Below are positions 8,818-16,688 of a stretch of 64,000 bases of DNA, piece by piece (positions within the stretch are counted from its first letter, which is position 1; each line of letters begins with the position of its first letter). Position numbers and translations under genes: made by a program. The stretch is from Bacteroidales bacterium (GTDB lineage: Bacteria > Bacteroidota > Bacteroidia > Bacteroidales > UBA932): positions 5,107 through 69,106 of the forward strand of contig JAZUIV010000002.1 in the NCBI GenBank assembly GCA_045642485.1, read 5' to 3'. The notes beneath the pieces were generated by a model. It made no database searches. It was given only the letters and a program-made list of their open reading frames with translations, and had not been told where the DNA came from.

Positions 8818-10893
8818 ATGAAAACCGATATCAAACAACACGACGAATCGGATTGCGGCGCTGCCTGCATCGCTTCAGTGGCAAGGCATTACGGGAAGAA
8901 CATCCCCATTGCTCTCATACGTGAAGAGTCCGGAACATCGCGGAGCGGCACCACAATAAAGGGTATCATTGATGCGTGCCACGCGACCGGATTCATCAGC
9001 GGGGCATACAAGGCCCCGGAAAAGGAGATTGAGCGGCTGAGGAAAGTGCCCTGTCCGGTAATCCTCCACACAGTGAACAGAAGAGGCGATCTGCACTTCG
9101 TCGTGTTGTATAGTATCGGCAAGAAGAAGGCTATCGTAATGGACCCTGCGCAAGGGACAAGAATCAAAATGGACCTGAGCCGGCTGCAGAAGGAGTGGAC
9201 AGGTTATCTGATTACAATGGCTCCGGACCCGGAAGCCGGGCGCGACTGGGCAGGCAGCGGCGGAAAGACGAACGTGATGCGATTCTTCCGCCTGATAGAC
9301 GTGAAGGAGTACGCACTGATGCTTGCCGGGTCGCTCGCATACATCACAGCAGGCATAAGCATCGCTCTCTTTCTCCAGCTTATAATCGACAAAGTACTGC
9401 CCTCCGGAGACATAGCCGAACTTATGAAAGCAGGCGGATTTATGCTTGCCATAATGGTTTGCACGCTGCTTCTCGGTTACGGGAGGGCACTCTACTCCAT
9501 CAGGCTCAATCTTCACCTTGACAGCCGGCTGGTAATGGGATACCTCTCCCATCTGTTTCGTCTGCCGGTAAGTTTCTTCACAAAAAGAGGAGCCGGAGAA
9601 CTCAACTCCAGAATCGGAGACATATCCAAAATACGAAGTTTTCTCACGGAAGGCATCTCCGGAATTGCGACCAACCTGCTCATTCTGGCCGTATCCTTCC
9701 TGCTGATGTTCACCTACCACTGGCGGCTTGCAGCGATGATGCTGATGTTCATTCCTGTATATCTGATATTATATGCAGTTGCCAACAGAGTGAACAGAAG
9801 GCTGAACCGCGAAATCATAGAGAGTTCCGCGGAATTTGAGGAAAAGACAGTCGAAAGCATAACGGGAGTGAAGGTGCTGAAATATTTCGGTAGCGAGCAG
9901 ACCTACTTCAGGGCCATCCGCAGACAGTATATGGAACTTGTCGGGAAACTGTACAGCGGAGGAAAATATGTGGGAGCCTTCTCAAGCTGGGCTGACGCAA
10001 TCTCCAAACTGATGACCGTCACCCTGCTGACCGCCGGATCCAATTTCATCTTCGCCGGAGAACTCACCGTGGGAGAACTCGTATCATTCTATTCTCTTTC
10101 GGTTTATTTCTCAATGCCGCTCAGCCAATTGGCGGGCATCAGCGAAAGTATGACCGAGGCGAATATCTCCGCCGAGAGAATCGGTGAAATCGAAGACCTT
10201 GACAGCGAAGGTACGGACACTCTGGAATTCACCCCGAACAGAAATGCGGACATTGTACTTGACAACATAGACTTCTCCTATCCGGGCTGCCCCATCCTGC
10301 TGGAAGGCTTCTCGATGAAAATACGGGCAGGCAGGATAACGGCGCTCCAGGGAGAGAGCGGGTGCGGGAAAAGTTCGATAGCAGGGCTTCTGATGAGGGA
10401 TTTCCCTGTCCGCAAAGGGCGAATCTTCATAGGTGATATGCCCATTGACCTGATAGACCTCGGCATCTGGAGAAAGTTCGTTTCGATTGTACCGCAGGAC
10501 GCTCCGCTTATGAATGGGACGATTCTTGAAAACATAACCTGCCTGGACAGTGAGCCAGACCTTGCAAAAGTGTCGCGGATAATCGATGAACTGGGGCTGA
10601 CAGGATTCATTCGTGAACTGCCCTTGGGTCCTCTTACCAAGGTCGGAGCGAGAGGTTCAGTACTCTCCGGAGGGCAGAAGCAACGCATAGCCCTGGCCAG
10701 AGTGTTGTACCTGGACCCTCAGGTCATAATTCTGGACGAGGCGACATCCTCGCTCGACGAGGCTTCCGAAAAAATCATTCTTGATAAACTCAATGATCTT
10801 AGGGACAAGGGGAAAACCATACTGATGATAACCCACAAAAACGACAACGCCCGGATAGCGGATTACAGGATTGAAATGAATGCGCATTCATAA
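8818..10893 (+). CDS. peptidase C39 domain-containing ABC transporter (bacteriocin/peptide-cleaving exporter)
   Basis: 691 aa. The N-terminal C39 signature is QHDESDCGAACIASV (catalytic Cys13), followed by GDLHFVVL (His) and DPAQG. Six TM segments follow. ABC motifs are Walker A GESGCGKSS, signature LSGGQKQR and Walker B IILDEATSSLD. Confidence 0.92.
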   Translation: MKTDIKQHDESDCGAACIASVARHYGKNIPIALIREESGTSRSGTTIKGIIDACHATGFISGAYKAPEKEIERLRKVPCPVILHTVNRRGDLHFVVLYSIGKKKAIVMDPAQGTRIKMDLSRLQKEWTGYLITMAPDPEAGRDWAGSGGKTNVMRFFRLIDVKEYALMLAGSLAYITAGISIALFLQLIIDKVLPSGDIAELMKAGGFMLAIMVCTLLLGYGRALYSIRLNLHLDSRLVMGYLSHLFRLPVSFFTKRGAGELNSRIGDISKIRSFLTEGISGIATNLLILAVSFLLMFTYHWRLAAMMLMFIPVYLILYAVANRVNRRLNREIIESSAEFEEKTVESITGVKVLKYFGSEQTYFRAIRRQYMELVGKLYSGGKYVGAFSSWADAISKLMTVTLLTAGSNFIFAGELTVGELVSFYSLSVYFSMPLSQLAGISESMTEANISAERIGEIEDLDSEGTDTLEFTPNRNADIVLDNIDFSYPGCPILLEGFSMKIRAGRITALQGESGCGKSSIAGLLMRDFPVRKGRIFIGDMPIDLIDLGIWRKFVSIVPQDAPLMNGTILENITCLDSEPDLAKVSRIIDELGLTGFIRELPLGPLTKVGARGSVLSGGQKQRIALARVLYLDPQVIILDEATSSLDEASEKIILDKLNDLRDKGKTILMITHKNDNARIADYRIEMNAHS

Positions 10894-10944
10894 CGGCGAA
10901 TCCCCTCCGCCGTCGTGTGAGGGGAAACGGAAAAAACAAAGAAA

Positions 10945-11145
10945 ATGGAAGAAAAACTAATGAAAGGATTGGGGTTTGGAGAGCTGGATTCTTCCGAACT
11001 CCGTATTCTGGGAGGGGCATCAACCCCCCTGTGGCAAAAAATCGTCGACAAGGTGAGGAATATGATTGACTTCATCAGCGATTACATTCCCAAACTCATT
11101 CAGGGATTCAGGGACGGATTCTCAGCCAGACCTCTCATAAATTAG
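10945..11145 (+). CDS. double-glycine-leader peptide A (bacteriocin-like precursor; predicted 42-aa mature peptide)
   Basis: 66-aa ORF, 51 nt after the ABC stop. The leader is MEEKLMKGLGFGELDSSELRILGG, with an alternative start M6 at 10960. The predicted mature peptide is ASTPLWQKIVDKVRNMIDFISDYIPKLIQGFRDGFSARPLIN, starting at 11017. It is Cys-free and has a GxxxG motif (GFRDG). Confidence 0.7.
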   Translation: MEEKLMKGLGFGELDSSELRILGGASTPLWQKIVDKVRNMIDFISDYIPKLIQGFRDGFSARPLIN

Positions 11146-11157
11146 GAGGGAACTGAC

Positions 11158-11319
11158 ATGACGAAAGAGATGTTAGCAGGTTTCGCTCCTGTCGATATGC
11201 AGGAAGCGGCATTTGTTCTTGGCGGACTTGACAAGAGGGCTCAGGATGCTCTTTACACAATCGGTTATGTAATCGGGGTGGTCGTCCGTCTGTTTGCGAG
11301 AATCATTTCCTGGTTCTAA
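11158..11319 (+). CDS. double-glycine-leader peptide B (bacteriocin-like precursor; predicted 30-aa mature peptide)
   Basis: Hand translation gives MTKEMLAGFAPVDMQEAAFVLGG|LDKRAQDALYTIGYVIGVVVRLFARIISWF*, 53 aa, below the track cutoff. An AGGAGGG sequence lies 7 nt upstream of the ATG. The leader has E(-8), V(-4) and GG(-2,-1). The mature part is hydrophobic with a GxxxG motif (GYVIG). Confidence 0.6.
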   Translation: MTKEMLAGFAPVDMQEAAFVLGGLDKRAQDALYTIGYVIGVVVRLFARIISWF

Positions 11320-11332
11320 TACGCCTAACGAG

Positions 11333-12649
11333 ATGAAACTACGGCTTATTCTCATTATGGCAGGTTTGCTGGCAGTGTTCAGCGCGAGGGCAAAGAACCC
11401 CGTCACCCTGCGTGAGTGCATAGACTATGCAATGGAGCATAATCTCACTATCAGAGAGAACAATCTCACCGTTGAAGAGAAAAAGACGGACCACACAAGA
11501 AAACTGATGTCACTTTTTCCCACAATATCCCTTTATGGCAGCGGGAACCTCAACTGGGGACGCAGCGTGGATATGCAGGAACTGGTCATAATCAAGAATA
11601 AGCTTACCGAATCCGCGAGTCTGTCATTGGGAGCGGAGTGGACTGTATTCGACGGGCTTTCCGGTTTCTTTTCCAAGAAGGCGGCCCGATATGAAATAGA
11701 CGCCGCTCTGCTTGACAATGACAGGCTTAAGAATGAGATTTCCCTGAACATTACGGAAGCATATCTGCAATTGATTCTTTCCGAGGAACTTTCAAAAGTT
11801 GCGTATTACAACTACCGGAAGATGCTTTCCGAACGGGAGAGAATCGCATCCCTGGTGGAAGAGGGGCAGCAGCCCAGGAGCGCACTCTACAACATCGAGG
11901 CCCAATGCGCAGGGGAACTGGCCCGGCTCACCGGATGCAGATGCGACAACAAAAGAAATATAATGAAACTGGCTCAACTTCTCAACCTGCCGTATGACGG
12001 CAGTTTCAAGGCGGAATATCCGCTTGATGGAGAAGAAACGCCGCCACCTCCATCCAGCACAATCGAGGAGATAGAGTTGTATGCTGAACGGATGCCGGAC
12101 ATCCTCTCGATGAAGAGCATTGTGGAAAGCAAACGGAATCTTTTCTCCGCAGCAAAAGGGTCGGCAGCCCCGACAATCACACTATCCGGAGCCTATTCCT
12201 CATACTACAGCAGTACGGCGGAAGGAAAATTCGGGGCGCAGCTGCGCGGCAACGTAAACCCTTCCGTGGGAGTTTCAATCGAAGTCCCGCTGTTCGACGG
12301 CTATTACAGTGCTGCGGCCATAAAGAACGGACGGATGGAATACGAACGGGCCAGACTTCAGGTGGAGGAACGGCGGCAGGATATGGTGGCAACCATCCAG
12401 TCGGCATTCATAGAGGCGGATAATCTTTACCAGATGATGCTTTCTGCGAAAAAAAAGATGGACGCCGCCGAAAAACTGCTGGACGCGTCGCTGGTCAAAT
12501 TCGACCTGGGAGGCATAACGGCAGTGGAGTACACAGTCACCCGCACCGATTTCCTGACAGCCCAGAGTGAATACATCCGAAGCAAATGGCAATATGTCTT
12601 CCAACTCAAAATCATAGACTACTACAAAGGAAACCCGATTGAATTATAG
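11333..12649 (+). CDS. TolC family outer-membrane efflux protein
   Basis: Start at the ATG at 11333 (MKLRLILIMAGLLAVFSARA signal peptide). The rest has TolC-like repeats (LTLRECIDYAMEHNLTI, LNITEAYLQL). The track's 11294 start would overlap peptide B. Confidence 0.85.
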   Translation: MKLRLILIMAGLLAVFSARAKNPVTLRECIDYAMEHNLTIRENNLTVEEKKTDHTRKLMSLFPTISLYGSGNLNWGRSVDMQELVIIKNKLTESASLSLGAEWTVFDGLSGFFSKKAARYEIDAALLDNDRLKNEISLNITEAYLQLILSEELSKVAYYNYRKMLSERERIASLVEEGQQPRSALYNIEAQCAGELARLTGCRCDNKRNIMKLAQLLNLPYDGSFKAEYPLDGEETPPPPSSTIEEIELYAERMPDILSMKSIVESKRNLFSAAKGSAAPTITLSGAYSSYYSSTAEGKFGAQLRGNVNPSVGVSIEVPLFDGYYSAAAIKNGRMEYERARLQVEERRQDMVATIQSAFIEADNLYQMMLSAKKKMDAAEKLLDASLVKFDLGGITAVEYTVTRTDFLTAQSEYIRSKWQYVFQLKIIDYYKGNPIEL

Positions 12650-13828
12650 ATGATACGAAGATTTTTCAAGGACGGACAGGGCAAAAGGGCCCGGAAAGTT
12701 GCAGCGGTGGCTGGTGGCCTCATCATTTTCATAATGATAATTGCAAAAGCCTGCTCCGGAGACAGGATTTCGGTTCAGACAATGACCGTGTTTCCCTCAA
12801 GGCTTGAAGAGGCCATCCCTTCAAGCGGCAAGATTCATCCCGTGAAAGAGGTAAAACTTTCACCCGATGTTTCCGGAGAGATAGTGGAGGTCCGGTGCGG
12901 GGAGGGCGACTATGTCCGGAAGGGGGACACTCTGATACTCATTCGCCGGGACACCTACATCTCGCGCGTGGAGAGAGCCCGGGCTTCGCTCTCAGCACTG
13001 AAAGCCCAGCACTGCAGGAACAAGGCAGAGCTCTCGAAGGCAGAACTCGAATACAGCAGGAACACCCGCCTGTTCGAAGGAGGGGCGATATCCAAGGCCG
13101 TGTACGAAAATTCCAAAGCCGGCTACGAGATAGCGGAGCAGACGGTACTGGCCTCCAAATATACCATTCTCAGCGGAGAGGCGGAGTTGAAAGAGGCTCT
13201 GGAAAGCCTTGCGAAAACCACTATCTGCGCTCCTACGGACGGCATCATATCCAGACTGACGGTAGAGCCGGGGGAGAGAGTTGTCGGGACAAGCCAGATG
13301 GCGGGTACCGAGATGCTTCGGATAGCGGACCCCGACCGGATGGAACTCGTTGTGGACGTGGGAGAAAACGATGTTGTCAGAATATGCGAGGGGGATAGTG
13401 TCTCCATCGAAATCGATGCCCATCCACGCCACATTTTCACAGGAAAGGTCACCCAAATCGCAAATTCCGCAAAAAATCTGGACGTTTCTTTCGAAAAGCT
13501 CACTAACTTTGAAGTCCGGATGGAGATTGTTCCCGATGGGGCAAAACTTCTTCCGGGGATGTCGGCTTCGGCGTCAATAGTCACACAGTCAAAACAGGAA
13601 TGCCTGGCCATTCCTCTGGGATGCGTCTTTACGGAGGGCAGGCAGGAGTTTGTCTGGGTGTTGCGTGACGACAGGTCTGTCGAAAAGAGGGCCATATCGA
13701 CCGGCATCCAGAACCTTAAGGAAATTGAAGTGACCGATGGGCTGGAGGAAGGAGAGGAAATTGTCACCGCCCCTCTCTCGGCCATCAACAAGGACCTGAC
13801 CGACGGACAAAAAGTAAATAGAGACTGA
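12650..13828 (+). CDS. HlyD/efflux periplasmic adaptor (membrane fusion protein)
   Basis: 392 aa. It has an N-terminal TM anchor, a biotinyl/lipoyl-like hairpin (VRKGDTLILI ... ICAPTDGIISRL), a coiled coil and a beta-barrel. Its ATG abuts the TolC TAG. Confidence 0.85.
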   Translation: MIRRFFKDGQGKRARKVAAVAGGLIIFIMIIAKACSGDRISVQTMTVFPSRLEEAIPSSGKIHPVKEVKLSPDVSGEIVEVRCGEGDYVRKGDTLILIRRDTYISRVERARASLSALKAQHCRNKAELSKAELEYSRNTRLFEGGAISKAVYENSKAGYEIAEQTVLASKYTILSGEAELKEALESLAKTTICAPTDGIISRLTVEPGERVVGTSQMAGTEMLRIADPDRMELVVDVGENDVVRICEGDSVSIEIDAHPRHIFTGKVTQIANSAKNLDVSFEKLTNFEVRMEIVPDGAKLLPGMSASASIVTQSKQECLAIPLGCVFTEGRQEFVWVLRDDRSVEKRAISTGIQNLKEIEVTDGLEEGEEIVTAPLSAINKDLTDGQKVNRD

Positions 13829-13829
13829 A

Positions 13830-14516
13830 ATGGCTACAATACTTCTTGTGGAAACGAGCACTGACTGCTGCAGCGCGGCAATCTGCCAAGACAACACCTT
13901 ACTTGCCGGAATGAAGGAAACGGCGCCCAAGGTACACGCATCAAAACTTGTACCTATGATCAACGATATTCTTGATGCCACATCACTGACGATGAAGCAG
14001 ATTGACGCAGTGGCCGTCAGCGGGGGGCCAGGTTCCTACACAGGTCTGCGAGTGGGTGTCTCCACCGCAAAAGGGCTCTGCTTCGGAGCGGGGAAGCCGT
14101 TAATCTCCGTTGGCACTCTGGATATCCTTGCTGCTCAGGGCGCGCAAGGCAGAGAGCATCCCGATTTCATCGTCCCATTCATTGATGCAAGGAGGATGGA
14201 AGTCTATTGCGCAGTCTATTCCGGCGATGGCAACCGCAAGTCGGATGTCGAAGCCGTCATCCTCGATGAAAGCAGTTTCCAGCCCCTTCTGGAGCAGGGC
14301 AAAGTTCTCTTCATCGGAACCGGTGTGGACAAATTCGCCGATATTCGCCATCATCCGAATGCCGTATTCGAGGAGAGTTTTCCCACTGCCCCGTATATGG
14401 CAGAACTCGCGGTGAAGGCATACGCACAAAAAAAGTTCGAAGACGTTGCGTACTTCGAACCTTTCTATCTCAAGGAGTTCAAGCCGGGAATCAGCAAGAA
14501 GTCCCCGCTGCTATAG
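13830..14516 (+). CDS. tsaB: tRNA threonylcarbamoyladenosine biosynthesis protein TsaB
   Basis: 228 aa. Motifs ILLVETSTDCCSAAI and GPGSYTGLRVGVSTAKGL are typical of TsaB/YeaZ. Confidence 0.88.
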   Translation: MATILLVETSTDCCSAAICQDNTLLAGMKETAPKVHASKLVPMINDILDATSLTMKQIDAVAVSGGPGSYTGLRVGVSTAKGLCFGAGKPLISVGTLDILAAQGAQGREHPDFIVPFIDARRMEVYCAVYSGDGNRKSDVEAVILDESSFQPLLEQGKVLFIGTGVDKFADIRHHPNAVFEESFPTAPYMAELAVKAYAQKKFEDVAYFEPFYLKEFKPGISKKSPLL

Positions 14517-15656
14517 ATTCTTGACTATCACCTGCTCCAGTTTCTCCGTATTGAAGATATCCCTTTCAACGATATCCCCGTCCTTGTTAATGACGAACAT
14601 AGTCGGAACCCTGGAGATGTTGTAGGCCAGGACAGAAGGTGAATCGATCCCCTGACCGTCGTTCACACTTATCCAGGGAAGATTCTGGCTCCTGATTGTC
14701 GCAGCCCAGGAAGGCTTGTCAATATCGAGGGAAACCTGATAGATTTCAAGCCCTTTTGCGTGATACTTCCCATAGATGCTCTCCAGTTCCTTGTTAAACA
14801 TCTTGTGTTCGTCCTGAGCCGTACTCCAGAATGAAAGGACTATCACCTTCCCCTTCAGTTCGGACAGAGACCTTGTCTTTCCGTCTATGTCGGGCATCGC
14901 TATGTCAGGAAAACTCACTGACTGAAGTTCCAGAAGTCTGTTGTTCAGACTGGCGACTGAGGCGCGTCTTGAAATCTCATCGTTCAGGGATGAGATGTAT
15001 TCGCTTCTGGGATAGACCACTGACAGAGAATCGCAAACCCTCCTGAAGATGACAACGTCGGAAGGTTCGTCAAAAACGGGAAGATTTTCGTTGAATTTCT
15101 GGAAAAGAGCAACGGCGGAAGTGATTGAGAAAGGATGCTCCATAATGAAGTGAGTAGCCTCCCTCCGGTAATCCACATAAGTCCGGCTGAGCTTCCTGTT
15201 GATCTCCTTCAAGGCGGCTTCATTTGACTGTTCCCTGGCGGAAATACCTTCCTTGGCAAGGGCTGAGATGGTGCCAGACGCCTTGCCGAACATATTGTTC
15301 AGTTCCAGGAAAAGAGCCGACTCTTCGGACCCTTCCACGCTGTAACCTCCGGTTGTGGAAGCTTTCAGAGAGACCTTGTCCCCATCCTTGAGGACGAGCG
15401 CGGCAATCTGCCTGTCTCCGGAGAATATGTAATAGAAATAAGGTTCGTTGCCGGTCAGGGCGACCTTGTATCTGAAGGCGCCGGATGCATCCGTCTTGAT
15501 GGTATCAACCACTGCAAACTTGTTGTAATTAAGTTTGCGCAATACAACGGAACTGTCCGCAGCACCGTCTATCACCGCCGAAATCACCGCCTGAGGCCCG
15601 TTGCTGCAGGAAGAAATCAGAACCGCCGCAAGGGCGAATATCATAAGTTTTTTCAT
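14511..15656 (-). CDS. TlpA/thioredoxin-fold lipoprotein (DUF4369-like N-domain) lacking the CxxC active site
   Basis: 381 aa. The lipobox is AAVLISSCS. The C-terminal thioredoxin-like fold reads VIVLSFWSTAQDEHK where WCGPC is expected. Confidence 0.75.
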   Translation of the reverse strand: MKKLMIFALAAVLISSCSNGPQAVISAVIDGAADSSVVLRKLNYNKFAVVDTIKTDASGAFRYKVALTGNEPYFYYIFSGDRQIAALVLKDGDKVSLKASTTGGYSVEGSEESALFLELNNMFGKASGTISALAKEGISAREQSNEAALKEINRKLSRTYVDYRREATHFIMEHPFSITSAVALFQKFNENLPVFDEPSDVVIFRRVCDSLSVVYPRSEYISSLNDEISRRASVASLNNRLLELQSVSFPDIAMPDIDGKTRSLSELKGKVIVLSFWSTAQDEHKMFNKELESIYGKYHAKGLEIYQVSLDIDKPSWAATIRSQNLPWISVNDGQGIDSPSVLAYNISRVPTMFVINKDGDIVERDIFNTEKLEQVIVKNL

Positions 15657-15662
15657 ATTTTT

Positions 15663-16067
15663 TTATAACTTGTTGAATTCCTTTGAAATTGATGAAGCAA
15701 TCCCGGCAAACTGCTCCCCGGTCAGACAGAGTTTCTCCTTGCGGAAATCCATATCGCCTTCCGTGTTCAGGGGGACCAGATGGATATGGGTGTGAGGGAC
15801 TTCCATCCCTAGAACAGCCACCCCTACCCTCTTGCAGGGTATGGCAGACTGTATCGCCTTTGCCACCTTGGCGGCGAATTCCCAGAGGCCGGCATAAGTT
15901 CCGGAATCAAGATTGAAGATATAGTCCGCCTCCGTATTCCTGGGGATTACAAGGGTATGCCCCTCGGCAAGAGGGTTGATATCAAGAAATGCGTAAAAAT
16001 CCTCACTCTCAGCCACCTTGTAGGAAGGAATCTCTCCTTTTGATATTTTTGTGAAAACGGTTGCCAT
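15663..16067 (-). CDS. HIT family protein
   Basis: 134 aa with the histidine triad HTHIHLVP. The N-terminus is FTKISKGEIPSYKV. Confidence 0.9.
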   Translation of the reverse strand: MATVFTKISKGEIPSYKVAESEDFYAFLDINPLAEGHTLVIPRNTEADYIFNLDSGTYAGLWEFAAKVAKAIQSAIPCKRVGVAVLGMEVPHTHIHLVPLNTEGDMDFRKEKLCLTGEQFAGIASSISKEFNKL

Positions 16068-16081
16068 AAATCTCGGGCCTC

Positions 16082-16552
16082 CTATATGGATATGTTAAGT
16101 ATTTCGAATTTGATAAGGCCGGAAGGGACTTGCACTTCAACCACATCACCCTTGCGATGACCCATAAGGGCACGTCCGATTGGAGTGGTTGCGGCCAGCT
16201 TGCCCTCCTTGAAATTGGCCTCGCTCTCACCCACAAGAGTGTATTCCATAACGGCATTGTTAGCGAGATTCCTGATTTTCACTTTGTTGAGCATCTGTAT
16301 CTGCTCGGTGTTGATTCTCGATTCATCAACAACTTTTGCGTTGGCTATAACATCCTGAAGTTTGCTGATCTTCAATTCGAGCAAACCCTGAGCCTCCCTC
16401 GCCGCATCGTATTCGGCGTTTTCGGACAAATCCCCCTTGTCACGGGCTTCGGCGATAGCTTTTGAAATCACGGGTCTTTCGGCAATGAGCTTCGCAAGAT
16501 CATCGCGAAGTTTGTCCAACCCCTCCTGTGTCATATAATGTACTTCGGCCAT
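16082..16552 (-). CDS. greA: transcription elongation factor GreA
   Basis: 156 aa. Motifs are Y(M)TQEGLDKL..L, DLSENAEYDAAREAQ, and a C-terminal FKBP-like domain. Confidence 0.93.
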   Translation of the reverse strand: MAEVHYMTQEGLDKLRDDLAKLIAERPVISKAIAEARDKGDLSENAEYDAAREAQGLLELKISKLQDVIANAKVVDESRINTEQIQMLNKVKIRNLANNAVMEYTLVGESEANFKEGKLAATTPIGRALMGHRKGDVVEVQVPSGLIKFEILNISI

Positions 16553-16675
16553 ACATAGAAAAAATTAAAAAGAATCCCCATCTTAAGGGACCCTTTCGAT
16601 TCATCACTCAATTTTACATTACAAATATAAACTTTTTATTTGGTATTCTCCAAAACATCTTACCTGAAAATTCCA

Positions 16676-16683
16676 TATCTTTG
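16676..16683 (+). promoter_or_regulatory. candidate -7 promoter box (TATCTTTG)
   Basis: Matches TAnnTTTG. It ends 5 nt before the ATG at 16689, which would imply a very short or leaderless 5' UTR. Confidence 0.3.
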
Positions 16684-16688
16684 CGGAT

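Noticed and set aside
8512-8841. A 109-aa minus-strand ORF spanning the cvpA-ABC intergenic region and overlapping the ABC start codon.
   Set aside because: The translation is Ser/Pro/Lys-rich and low-complexity with no motif. It runs antisense into the exporter's start, and there is no promoter-like box. It is probably spurious.
11294-11332. The N-terminal extension of the TolC-like ORF given in the track (start 11294).
   Set aside because: The extension (MRESFPGSNTPNE) precedes a perfect signal peptide that begins at the ATG at 11333. It would also overlap the end of the GG-leader peptide B ORF. The shorter start is preferred.
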